The notes under the pieces are model-generated. The model worked only from the letters and a program-made list of their open reading frames with translations. It did no database searches and was not told the DNA's origin. Positions 7,891 through 16,737 of a DNA stretch of 17,909 nucleotides are shown in pieces. A program made the position numbers and the translations under genes. Numbering within the stretch: position 1 is the stretch's first letter; each line of letters opens with the position of its first letter. Origin of the DNA: Planctomycetota bacterium (GTDB lineage Bacteria; Planctomycetota; UBA1135; UBA2386); the NCBI GenBank assembly GCA_039029375.1, contig JBCCGH010000196.1:1-17909 (forward strand), given 5' to 3'.

Positions 7891-8451
7891 TCAGTAGCGT
7901 CGGCGCCGGTCGACGCGGCGCAGCAGGCCGGCGAACGCCGGCATCAACTCCTGCTCGATCGAATCGGCAAGCTCCGCGGCCACCGGGCTCGTCTCTAGCA
8001 GGAGGTCGTTCAGGCAGCGGCTGGCCAGGTCGCGGGCTGTGCCATAGGCGGTGGCTTTCTCCGCGTGGTCGTAGCGGTGGCAACCGCAGCTCAACTGGGC
8101 GAGGGATTCGCGCAGCGTCGCCGTGGCGGCGTGCTCGGTGCCCAGCGATTGCGCAGCGCGCGCGTGGATTGGGGCCATGACCTGGAACGCCTTCAGGTCG
8201 CGTACCGAGTAGCGCTTGCGCGGCGTTGGCTCCGGTTCCAAGCCTAGGCCGGTCTCAACCGCCTCGCGCAAGCGCTCGCGCTTGCGCTCTTGAGCTTCCT
8301 TTCGCGTAGCAGTGAGCGGCAGATCATCGCTGGCAATGAGCCAGCGGCCTCCGACTTTGCGCGCGCGCAGGTTGCCTTGGCGGATGAGGTAGCGGACTTG
8401 GCGCGGGCTCTTGCCAAGCCTCGTGGCGGCGTCGTGCAGGGAAAGGTCCAT
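7891..8451 (-). CDS. Helix-turn-helix (excisionase / MerR-like HTH_17) DNA-binding protein, 186 aa, sitting between target 2 and avd
   Basis: MDLSLHDAATRLGKSPRQVRYLIRQGNLRARKVGGRWLIASDDL is a typical N-terminal HTH. The ATG is at 8449-8451 (internal to the 243-aa track ORF). It is tightly packed against avd. Confidence 0.55.
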   Translation of the reverse strand: MDLSLHDAATRLGKSPRQVRYLIRQGNLRARKVGGRWLIASDDLPLTATRKEAQERKRERLREAVETGLGLEPEPTPRKRYSVRDLKAFQVMAPIHARAAQSLGTEHAATATLRESLAQLSCGCHRYDHAEKATAYGTARDLASRCLNDLLLETSPVAAELADSIEQELMPAFAGLLRRVDRRRRY

Positions 8452-8587
8452 GGTCGTGCGCGTGCGCAGGGGGGAAGCGTCAGGCGTCGGGAGACCGCAC
8501 GGGGATTCCGGGATGCGCCGACGCACGGCGGTGGCGTGTGTGTCATCTTGGTGACCGGCGTGTCGCGCACGCGACAAAATACACGCG

Positions 8588-8604
8588 CCGCGCCTTCGGC
8601 GCGG
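8588..8604 (-). other. GC hairpin downstream of VR2 (counterpart of 6105-6123)
   Basis: Minus strand reads CCGCGCC-GAA-GGCGCGG then cgcgtgt, ~37 nt after the VR2 end. It shares the core CCGCGCCG..GGCGCGGCGCG.GTGT with the VR1 element. Confidence 0.6.
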
Positions 8605-8637
8605 AGACGAGGCAAGCGGCAATCCGCGAGCGGCGAG

Positions 8638-11600
8638 CTACTGGCGGCGCGCGGGACGGACGACGCGGAAGCCGATGTACTCGTTCCGGAGCGTGGGCTC
8701 GCTCCTGTTCCGGTACGCCGAGCGCAAGTTCCCCGGGTTGTCGTTGACGAAGGAGCCGCCCCGCAGCACCCGCCAAGCGTTGGCACCGGCGAGCCAGGCG
8801 TTGCCGTTGTCAGGGGCACCGCCATAGTCGTCGTGCCAACGATCCTCGCACCATTCCCACACGTTGCCGTGCATGTCGAACAGACCCCACGGGTTGGGCC
8901 GCTTGTGCGCGACCCGCTGCACCGAGCGGTCGGCCCCGCTGTCCGAGTTCCGGAACCACCAGGCGTGGGCACTCAATTCCCCGCCGTGGTTGCCGAACCA
9001 ATACGCACCGAGGGTGCCGGCCCGGCAGGCAAACTCCCACTCGGCCTCAGACGGCAGCCGGTAGCCGTCCGGGTTGTCGGGCGCCGGTTCTGCCGTTGCG
9101 CTCTGCCCCTGGCCGTGGACCGCGTAGTACGGGGCGCGGCCCACAAGCCGGGAAAGCGCGTTGCAGAATCGGACGGTATCGAGCCAGCTCAGCTCGTTGG
9201 CCGGGAGGTCGTGCCCGGAGTCCTTCTCCAGCCAGCCGGGCCGGTGAAGTTCCTGGTGGCCTGGCACGTCGTGCGACCGCGCGGCTGCCAACACGGCCCG
9301 GTATTGCGCACGGGTGACCTCGGTACGGCCGATCTCGAAGTCGCGGACGGTGACGGCGTGCTGTGGCAGCTCGTCGCCATACCTCGTGTCCGGGTCACTG
9401 GGGTCGCGGCCCATTTGGAACCGACCGCCTTGCAGACGCACCATGGACAGACCGAGCCGCAGCTGGGGCCGGCCCGCGGCGACCTCAATCGTGGCCTTTG
9501 GCCATAGATCCTCCAGCGGTACGAGTGACTCGGCGAACGCGCCAGCCATCCTGCCAAACCCGTCGGGGGAAACCGCGGCCAGAGACGGCGCGCCGCGCCA
9601 TGCTTGCAGCGCGTGCTTGGTTTGGCCAGTGGGGCCGATCCATACGATCTGCTCGGATTCCGCGCGTTCGAACGGTCTCTCCGCCTCGGCCGGCCCCGAC
9701 GCCGCCTCGCCGACCAACGCCACGTCCACCGACCCCGTATCGAGCAGGGCCATCGCCAACGGCACGGCTTCGCGGTCCTCTGCAGGCGCCGCGATCACCG
9801 CGGCGCTCTGGGTCCACCGGGGATCGTCGACGCGCCGCGGCTCATCGTCCAAGCCCCGCCAAAGGACCAGGAAACCGCCGGCTGGCACGGCGTTCTCGAC
9901 CTCGACCGGGCGCCAACGCGGGTCTACGTCGAGGTCTGGGTTGAACTCGACGCGCGTCAGCCGGCCGGGCATGCCGAGCAGCGCTCGGGCGCGCCCATCC
10001 GCGACATTGATCTTCGCGCATGCGCCCACGGTCACGGCCGGTGGGGGCGGCGGTGCCGTCAGCCGCGGCCCCCACCAGTGGCGCATCACGGGAAGGAACA
10101 GGCAGCCGCCCCCCAGGCCGCAGAGCAACGCCAAGGCGACGGCGGCGGGGCGCGGCAAGCGCGGGTCGGCGAACTCGGTGCGGCGCAGCGCGCCGAAGCC
10201 GAGCCGCTGCAGGCGGTGGACCGTGTCGGGGCGGGCGCACCAGGATGCGCGCGTCGCGGGGCCACCGACCCGCCACGGCAGCCGGACCAACCGGCGTTCG
10301 AGCTCGAGCCGACTCTCCTCCGCGCTGCCGCGGGCTGGCCGCGTGGCAGCCTCCTCGCGCGCTCTCGCGTTGCGCGGCGCCAAGGTTTCGAGGCGGGCCC
10401 GCACGCGCGTTGCGAGGCCGGACGCCGCGAGCCGCTCCAGCGTTGCGGCCGCGGTGTCGGGTGTGCGCCAGAGCTGGAGCAGCGCGATCTCCAGGCGCAA
10501 GGCGAGGCGCTGTTGCTCGCGCTGGTGTCGTTGCCGTGCCCGCTCGGATGACGGCTCCCGGGGCGCTGGGGGGCCTGCACGCACCTCCTCGCCATCGAGC
10601 CGGGCGAGCTCGCGCCGGTAGCCGTCCAGCCAGAACTGCACGCCGTGGCATAGCCAGCCCTCGGTGGGAAAGCCATGGGCAGCATCGTCCGTGCGCGCGA
10701 GCCAGTCACACCAGAGCGCGCGATCCTCGGGGGCGAAGCCGTAGCGCGCCCCGGTGGGGACCGCGTGCTCGAGCAGACGCTCGAGCTGACGCGCTTCGAC
10801 GCTCAGGCCGAGCGCCTCGCGCAGGGCCAGCGCGGTGTCGAAGTCAAAGCTGTCCGGTGTCAGTGCCAGTCCGGCCGCCCAAGCGCGCCGCGCGCCCGTC
10901 AGCGGCGGCGGCGTGCCGCCCGGGTGCAGCCGCGGCAGCTTGCCGTCCATCGTCCCCGGTTCGCCGCCGAGCCAACTCGGCACGGCGGTCGGCGCGAGGC
11001 ACGGAATGCCGTGCCGGCTGGTGATCCGCGCGAGGTCGAACGCGCCTCGGCCGTAGTCGGCAAACGCGAGACGCGGCCATTGGGCCAGGCCGGCCAGCTT
11101 CCGGTCGAGGCGTTGGCGGCGCAGTTCGCCCTGGTCTTGGATCCACAGGCCATGTCCGTCGGTCAGCACGGCGACCAGCGCGGTTTGACGCTGGCCCTCC
11201 ACGGTCTCGGGCCGAAACTGCGTTTGGTTTTCGTCCCACCACAGCGTCTCCAGTGTGCCGTGGAACATCGCGGTCTTGATCGGCAGCCCCGCGGCGCTCG
11301 CGCATTGACCGATCTCGTCACGCTCGCGCTCGATTAGCTCGCGGTCGGCCATGCCGTCGACCCAGAGCCAGATCTCGCGTGGATAGCGCTGCCGTTCTCG
11401 CAGCAACACGAGGTGGCCGCCGTTCTGCGAGGTGGCGGCGACCGTGCGGTCCAGGTCAATGCGGGGCGTGAGGTCGTCGCTCACGTAGTGTTGGACGTTC
11501 CACACCATGTGGCGCAGGGCGGGTTGCGGCAGCAGCGGTGTGGCCTTGGCGGGCGGCGCGAGGTGCGGCAGCGACAGCGCACTCTGTCCCAGCGCGTCGT

Positions 11601-12324
11601 CGTGGAGCTCGGGGACGCGCCGCGCCCGGGCGTAGAACACTGCGCGCGACAAGCCGGCGAGCGCGAGCAGGCCGAAACCCAACAGCAGTGCCGTCGCGAC
11701 TGACGGCGAGCGCGGCACCGGCACGGGGTCGGCCTCCCACGTGGCGAAGCGGCGCACCAAGTTGGGCGGCAGGCCGTCATCGGGCTCGGTGCCTTCGTTG
11801 CCCTGCCCCGGCGTGCCTCGGCCTTGGGCACCGCCCTCTGTTGGTGGTCCGGAGGAGCGGGGTTGCTTCAATGGAGCGTTCGAGCGGGGCTCGCGCTGCG
11901 GGCTTGGGTCACCCGGGTCGCCGGCGAGCGTCAAGACTGCGATCAGTGCGGCGAGGATGAGCCCACCGGCCGCGAGGGTTCTCCAACCGAGGAGGCCAGC
12001 GCAAGGGCGCTCCACTCCCTCTTCCTCCTGGTCCTCGGTCCACCCGCTCTCGATCGGCCGCTGCACCCGGCGCTCGATCTCCCATCGTGCGTTCTGCTGC
12101 CAGCGTTCGAACGCGGCGTCGAACGCCTCGCGCTGCGCCTTGTTTTTGGTCAGCGTGCAGCGCAGCACCTGACGCAGGGGGGCATCCTCGCTCGCCGCTG
12201 GGCCCGCCTCGTCGCCGAGCAGCCGGCACAGATGGTGCAGCCGGGCTCGTTCGAGGACCCCGACCGCGACGCCGTGCGCGTCGAGATCCCGGAGCAGCGC
12301 CTCGAGCTCGAGCGGCGAGTCCAC
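8638..12324 (-). CDS. DGR target protein 2 (1228 aa): N-terminal cytoplasmic domain, 3 TM helices, a ~500-aa middle domain (possible degenerate vWA) and a C-terminal FGE-sulfatase/CLec domain carrying VR2
   Basis: GTG start 1 nt after the MoxR stop. TM helices at ~aa 113-135, 205-227 and 720-741. A vWA-like ...TALVAVLTDGHG motif is present. The FGE domain reads GGRFQMGRDPSDPDTRYGDELPQHAVTVRDF...RLPSEAEWEFACRAGT...HGNVWEWCEDRW...RGGSF...IGFRVVRPARRQ. Confidence 0.85.
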   Translation of the reverse strand: MDSPLELEALLRDLDAHGVAVGVLERARLHHLCRLLGDEAGPAASEDAPLRQVLRCTLTKNKAQREAFDAAFERWQQNARWEIERRVQRPIESGWTEDQEEEGVERPCAGLLGWRTLAAGGLILAALIAVLTLAGDPGDPSPQREPRSNAPLKQPRSSGPPTEGGAQGRGTPGQGNEGTEPDDGLPPNLVRRFATWEADPVPVPRSPSVATALLLGFGLLALAGLSRAVFYARARRVPELHDDALGQSALSLPHLAPPAKATPLLPQPALRHMVWNVQHYVSDDLTPRIDLDRTVAATSQNGGHLVLLRERQRYPREIWLWVDGMADRELIERERDEIGQCASAAGLPIKTAMFHGTLETLWWDENQTQFRPETVEGQRQTALVAVLTDGHGLWIQDQGELRRQRLDRKLAGLAQWPRLAFADYGRGAFDLARITSRHGIPCLAPTAVPSWLGGEPGTMDGKLPRLHPGGTPPPLTGARRAWAAGLALTPDSFDFDTALALREALGLSVEARQLERLLEHAVPTGARYGFAPEDRALWCDWLARTDDAAHGFPTEGWLCHGVQFWLDGYRRELARLDGEEVRAGPPAPREPSSERARQRHQREQQRLALRLEIALLQLWRTPDTAAATLERLAASGLATRVRARLETLAPRNARAREEAATRPARGSAEESRLELERRLVRLPWRVGGPATRASWCARPDTVHRLQRLGFGALRRTEFADPRLPRPAAVALALLCGLGGGCLFLPVMRHWWGPRLTAPPPPPAVTVGACAKINVADGRARALLGMPGRLTRVEFNPDLDVDPRWRPVEVENAVPAGGFLVLWRGLDDEPRRVDDPRWTQSAAVIAAPAEDREAVPLAMALLDTGSVDVALVGEAASGPAEAERPFERAESEQIVWIGPTGQTKHALQAWRGAPSLAAVSPDGFGRMAGAFAESLVPLEDLWPKATIEVAAGRPQLRLGLSMVRLQGGRFQMGRDPSDPDTRYGDELPQHAVTVRDFEIGRTEVTRAQYRAVLAAARSHDVPGHQELHRPGWLEKDSGHDLPANELSWLDTVRFCNALSRLVGRAPYYAVHGQGQSATAEPAPDNPDGYRLPSEAEWEFACRAGTLGAYWFGNHGGELSAHAWWFRNSDSGADRSVQRVAHKRPNPWGLFDMHGNVWEWCEDRWHDDYGGAPDNGNAWLAGANAWRVLRGGSFVNDNPGNLRSAYRNRSEPTLRNEYIGFRVVRPARRQ
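8642..8774 (-). repeat. DGR variable repeat VR2
   Basis: Collinear with TR 7338-7470. 6 mismatches, all at TR adenines. The A-free 3' segment is identical to the TR. Confidence 0.85.
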
Positions 12325-12325
12325 G

Positions 12326-13285
12326 TCAGAGTTTCTGCCAGTCTTCGGTCAGCTTGATCAGCGCGTGGACGCCTGGCAAGTCGCGCCGCACCGTCTGCAG
12401 GTCGGCGGCCCGGGTGCCCTGCGCCGCGAGGACCGCGAGCCACGAGAGCAGCTCCGCCGTGGTGGGGGGCTTGGTCAGCTCCCAGTCGGCGAGCTCGAAG
12501 AAGCGATCGATCGCCGCCTCGCGCACGTCGTCCGACAGGCCCGGAAACGACGATTGAAGCCGGCTCTGCACGATGTCTTCGACGAGCTTGCGGGTGAGGG
12601 TCAAGTGCTGGTGGATGCAACGGCGCAGAAACGCGTCCGGGAGCCGTCGCTCGGCGTTGCTCGTGATGACCACGATCGGCGACCGCTGCGGCCGGATCTT
12701 GCGATCCTCGAACGGATGCTCGAACCACTGCTGGTCGAGCACGTGCAGCAGGTCGTTGGGAAAGTCGCGCGGCGCCTTGTCGATCTCGTCGATCAGCACG
12801 ACGGCGCCGTTCGGTTGGTCAAAGGACCTCCACAGCGCGCGCTTGCGGACGAAGTCGCCGCGGCCGCGGCGCAGCGCCGGCTGCCCGTCGCCGCCCCCTT
12901 CGCCCGGGGCCTCGCTGCCGTGCTGGGCCCAGTGCAAGTAGGCGACGGCGTCAAAGTCGTAGCACAGCTCCTGCGCCGTCGACGTTGACTGCACGTGAAA
13001 GGCAAAGACCTCGAGCCCAAAGAACCAGCCCAGGTAGTGCGCGACCTGCGTCTTGCCCGTGCCCGGCGCGCCGGTCAGCAGCAACGGTGCGTCCACCGCC
13101 AACGCGGTGTTGATCGCGGTCTCGAGGTCGGCGCTCAGCCGGTAGTCCGGGGCGGCCTCGGTATGGTCGTGCAGGCTGCGCGGCACGCCGCGCTGGTGCA
13201 TGCTGGCGCGCGCAGCCGCCGGGTCGTGGCCTTCGCGCGTCGCGCGGCGGTCCACCAGCTGGAAGCGTGGTCGACGGGGGGTCAT
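12326..13285 (-). CDS. MoxR-like AAA+ ATPase (AAA_5 type), 319 aa
   Basis: Walker A LLLTGAPGTGKTQVA. Walker B VVLIDEIDKAP. Sensor region IVVITSNAE...LPDAFLRRC. ATGA start/stop overlap with the upstream TIR gene. Confidence 0.85.
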   Translation of the reverse strand: MTPRRPRFQLVDRRATREGHDPAAARASMHQRGVPRSLHDHTEAAPDYRLSADLETAINTALAVDAPLLLTGAPGTGKTQVAHYLGWFFGLEVFAFHVQSTSTAQELCYDFDAVAYLHWAQHGSEAPGEGGGDGQPALRRGRGDFVRKRALWRSFDQPNGAVVLIDEIDKAPRDFPNDLLHVLDQQWFEHPFEDRKIRPQRSPIVVITSNAERRLPDAFLRRCIHQHLTLTRKLVEDIVQSRLQSSFPGLSDDVREAAIDRFFELADWELTKPPTTAELLSWLAVLAAQGTRAADLQTVRRDLPGVHALIKLTEDWQKL

Positions 13286-15588
13286 GGTTCGGGCACCTCG
13301 GCCGGCAGCCCGCGCAGCCTGTCGCGGACGTCGTACCAGTTGCTGCGCTGGGCATGCTCGAGCCAGCGGACGGTCTTCTCGAAGTCGCCATCCGTGACCT
13401 GGTGCAGCAGGCTGGCAAACTCGCGGGCGTCGGCGGGAGGGAGGCCGCTGAGGTCGATGACCGCGTCGAGGATGTGAGTGCGTTCCACTCGCTCGAGGGG
13501 GCGCAAAACCTCGAGGCGGAAAGCCTTGGTGCGCGAGTCAAAGGCTAGGTCTTCGAGCTGGACGCGCATCTTGTCATGCAGCGAGGGCTCGCCCTCGAGC
13601 CCGAGGAGGGTGAGGACCTTGACGGCGTGCGGTCGGTAGCGCTCTTGGGTCAGTGTGTCCCGCGAGAAATCGCGAAACGCCGCGACGAGCCGCTCGGCCT
13701 GCTGCCAGCTGTCGATGCCGCGGCACCCCCAATCCAAGAACAGGATTCTCGGTTTGTCAGGTTGGCCGCGGGGCGCCGCGGCATCCAACGCGGCGCGCAG
13801 CTCGTGGTCGCCATCTGCGTGGCTCATCGCCGCCACCAACGCATCGCCGAGATCGCCGGCCCGGAGGTCGATGTCAGGCGGGAGCCGCACGGGCACCCGT
13901 CGCACCGGCGCGATGTCGAGTGCGTGGTCCACGAGCGCCTGCTCGGCGTGCTCGCCGAACAGTTCGACGTGGTTGCCAGGGGAACCCCAAGCGATCGCCG
14001 CGTGCACCAGCTCCTCGCGGTTGGCCACCAGTCCATCGAACATCTTGCGAAAGGCGCCGCGCTGCTCGTGCCGGTCGAGCATCAACCGGGCCAGGCGCCG
14101 TTCGATCGGGCGGGCGCTGGCCTGGACGTCCACGCGGAACTGGTCGTAGCGCGTCCAGATGGCGGCCGCGCGGTGCAGTCCATGAGCGACGGCCTCGACC
14201 GGATCGCAGTTCTCGGCCCCGAGCACCGCCCGTAGCCACTCGACCGCATCGGTCTTGTTCTTCGCCAGGTCCTGCTTGCGGGGCGTGAGGAGCAGCACGA
14301 CCGAGGCGGCGCGGTACAGGGCCTGAGGCAACGCCGCGATCGTGGCGGGGCGCGCGCCCACGAGGTGCAAGACGACAACGCGGGCCTTGCAGCCGTCGAG
14401 GAGTTCTTCGAGCGGCACCCACGTGGCGTTCGACGGACTGTCGCCCAGCTCCACCTCGGCCACGCCCTTCCGTATGCGGCCGCGAGCGAACACATACGCC
14501 ACGACGGGCTGCTCGTGACGGACCAGGGATTGCGCTTGGGCCACGGTCGCGCAGGGAGCTGCGACGTTGGGCGCGCCCCACGCCTCCTCGAGCCCACTGC
14601 GGACGCCGTGGCCGTGCGAGAGCGCGCCGAGATCGTCGCGCGGGCCCGCGGCCACGATCAGCGTGGGGCAGGGCGCGCGCAGTGCCGACGCATCCGGGCT
14701 GCCGGCGCCTTGCGAGCACAGCTCAAAGGTCCAGAGCTGGCGCAGCGGTTCGCCGTCCCAGGTCGTTTCCCACCAGGGCAGCCCGAGCAGCTCTGGGTCT
14801 TCGGTGTCGATGCGCACTCGCAACGCGAGGCTCAACGGGGTGGGGTGCGAGCCCCCAGCCGGGGCACTCAGACTGCCGAGCACTTGTTCGGTGCAGGGCT
14901 CTGGGAGCAGGAGGTCGAACAATTCGCTGGGACGAGCGTCTCGCGCCAGTGCCGCATCCGCCTCGCACTGGGTGATGGTCGCTCCATCGGGGCCGTGGAA
15001 TTCGCTGCGCAGTTGGTCGCCGTCGCGGGAGATGCGCACGGTGAGGGTTTGCCGTTCGGCCTCGTACGCGGGGCGACGGAGCCACCTCGGCTCGCGCTGT
15101 GCCATGGCGAGCAGCTGCTGTACGGCGCGGTTTAGGGCTGTCTTCCGCTCGTGGCCGGATTCGGGGAGGCCATCAGGCCCGGTCAAGCCGTGCAGCTCGG
15201 ACAGACGGAACTCGTGCGGCGTCCCGTCTAGCTCCCGAACGTCCAGCGCGATCTGATCGATCAGCGTCGGCCCAACGGCCAGCCACGTGATGTCGAGGAG
15301 CTTGCGCTGGCGCTGCTGGTACAGCAGAGGCAGCTCGACTTCGGTGACCCACTTCGAGTTGAGCGCTTCGGCACTGACGAGAAGGACCCCGATCCGGGCC
15401 GCCTCGATCGCTTCGCGAATGGTCCGGTCCAACCGCGCGCCCGCGACGATTTCCTCGTCGGTCCAGATCTCCAGGGGCAGCGGCGGACTGGCACCGCGCA
15501 GTGCCGGCTCGAGCACCTGGCGGAACTCCTCCAGCACCGGCCGGTCCTTGCGCGAGTAACTAATGAAGATGTGGTTGCGACTCGCCAT
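13282..15588 (-). CDS. TIR-domain protein (768 aa): N-terminal TIR plus a ~600-aa uncharacterised C-terminal region; first gene of the operon
   Basis: HIFISYSRKDRPVLEEF is TIR motif 1. ARIGVLLVSAEALNSKWVTEVEL contains the conserved W..E (candidate catalytic Glu). No P-loop is present. Confidence 0.85.
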   Translation of the reverse strand: MASRNHIFISYSRKDRPVLEEFRQVLEPALRGASPPLPLEIWTDEEIVAGARLDRTIREAIEAARIGVLLVSAEALNSKWVTEVELPLLYQQRQRKLLDITWLAVGPTLIDQIALDVRELDGTPHEFRLSELHGLTGPDGLPESGHERKTALNRAVQQLLAMAQREPRWLRRPAYEAERQTLTVRISRDGDQLRSEFHGPDGATITQCEADAALARDARPSELFDLLLPEPCTEQVLGSLSAPAGGSHPTPLSLALRVRIDTEDPELLGLPWWETTWDGEPLRQLWTFELCSQGAGSPDASALRAPCPTLIVAAGPRDDLGALSHGHGVRSGLEEAWGAPNVAAPCATVAQAQSLVRHEQPVVAYVFARGRIRKGVAEVELGDSPSNATWVPLEELLDGCKARVVVLHLVGARPATIAALPQALYRAASVVLLLTPRKQDLAKNKTDAVEWLRAVLGAENCDPVEAVAHGLHRAAAIWTRYDQFRVDVQASARPIERRLARLMLDRHEQRGAFRKMFDGLVANREELVHAAIAWGSPGNHVELFGEHAEQALVDHALDIAPVRRVPVRLPPDIDLRAGDLGDALVAAMSHADGDHELRAALDAAAPRGQPDKPRILFLDWGCRGIDSWQQAERLVAAFRDFSRDTLTQERYRPHAVKVLTLLGLEGEPSLHDKMRVQLEDLAFDSRTKAFRLEVLRPLERVERTHILDAVIDLSGLPPADAREFASLLHQVTDGDFEKTVRWLEHAQRSNWYDVRDRLRGLPAEVPEP

Positions 15589-15660
15589 CGAATTCGGGCC
15601 GAGGGCGCCTCACAATACCGTGAGCGCTGGGCGCCCGAGAACTTAGCTCGAACGGCCGGA
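15589..15660. promoter_or_regulatory. Divergent intergenic region between the TIR operon (-) and the ATPase/HNH pair (+); presumed bidirectional promoter region
   Basis: 72-bp gap between two divergently oriented start codons. No confident -35/-10 elements could be assigned by eye in this high-GC sequence. Confidence 0.3.
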
Positions 15661-16737
15661 ATGTACCTGACCGATCTCCGCCTCCGAAACGTCAAGCTGT
15701 TCCGCGAGGTGGACCTCGCGTTCAGGGGGAACGACGACAGTGCGCGTATGTGGACCGTCGTCACCGGTGTCAACGGCCTGTGCAAGTCGACCTTGTTGCA
15801 GGCGATCGCCTTGGCCGCATCGGGGCCGAAGGTGGCCCGGGCGCTCGTCGACGACGCGCGCGACTATGTGCGCGGGGAGGGCACCGGCGGTTGCATGATC
15901 GCCGCCGGGTTCGAGCGCGCCGTCGATGCGCCGCCGATCGAGTCCGCGGGCGCCACCATTGACCGCAAACGCCTGGACTCCGTCCTGGAGCTCCACTCGA
16001 CGGACTACGATTTTGCTGGGCACGGCGAGGACTGGCGTCACATCGACGCCCTGCGGAGCGCTCGGGCGTCCGGGTTTCTCGTCGCGGGGATCGGGGTCGG
16101 CCGAACGCTGCCGCAGCCGGGCGAGGTGGCGGCGCCCAAAGACCCGATCGAGGATCGAGTGGTGGGCCTGTTTCGCTCAGGCCACAAGATGGTGGGCACC
16201 GAGTTCTATAACGCGCTCAAGCTGGACGGCCTGGAGCAGGATTTCGCCAAGTCACTTCGTTCGGTCCTGCTCCGCCTGCAGTCGACGGAGGACGGCCGGG
16301 CGCCGCTGCTGACGGGGCTTTGCGTCGACGACTTGCGGGGTCCGAACGGCCTCGATGCGATGCGGAACCTGTTGGAGACGCGGCGGTTTGAGATGTCCCT
16401 CGGAGAGACCCGGTTCCGAGTCAAGCCGACCATGCTGTCGCACGGTTATCAGGGTGTGCTGTCGTGGATCGGCGATTTGCTGGGCTACGCGTTCTTGGAG
16501 CAGCGGCGGCCGATCGAGCCGCAGGAACTCCGGGGGATCGTATTGCTCGACGAAATCGACCAGCAACCACTCGGTGCGCGAAGTGCTCCTTGCCGTTCAG
16601 CACAAGAAATGCTGCTACTGCGAGCAAGCCCTCGAGCGTGGCAACGGTGCGGTCGAGCATTTTCGGCCCAAGGTCGCGGTGCGTCGCGAAGTGACAGGAG
16701 GAGTGAAACAGACCGGCTACTGGTGGCTCGCCTATGA
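15661..16737 (+). CDS. PtuA-like (AAA_15/AAA_21, ABC-type) ATPase. Sequence after Walker B (~16565) looks out of frame and non-protein-like, so it is probably truncated or frameshifted
   Basis: MYLTDLRLRNVKLF...VTGVNGLCKSTLL is Walker A. LSHGYQGVLSWIGDL is an ABC-signature-like LSxGxQ. GIVLLDEIDQ is Walker B. No H-loop follows, and the tail QPLGARSAPCRSAQ... is Arg/Ser-rich junk. Confidence 0.5.
   Translation: MYLTDLRLRNVKLFREVDLAFRGNDDSARMWTVVTGVNGLCKSTLLQAIALAASGPKVARALVDDARDYVRGEGTGGCMIAAGFERAVDAPPIESAGATIDRKRLDSVLELHSTDYDFAGHGEDWRHIDALRSARASGFLVAGIGVGRTLPQPGEVAAPKDPIEDRVVGLFRSGHKMVGTEFYNALKLDGLEQDFAKSLRSVLLRLQSTEDGRAPLLTGLCVDDLRGPNGLDAMRNLLETRRFEMSLGETRFRVKPTMLSHGYQGVLSWIGDLLGYAFLEQRRPIEPQELRGIVLLDEIDQQPLGARSAPCRSAQEMLLLRASPRAWQRCGRAFSAQGRGASRSDRRSETDRLLVARL

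Noticed and set aside
13282-15588. CHAT/caspase-like domain in the C-terminal part of the TIR protein
   Set aside because: A VVVLHLVG segment resembles the CHAT His motif, but no downstream catalytic Cys motif is present. Not called.
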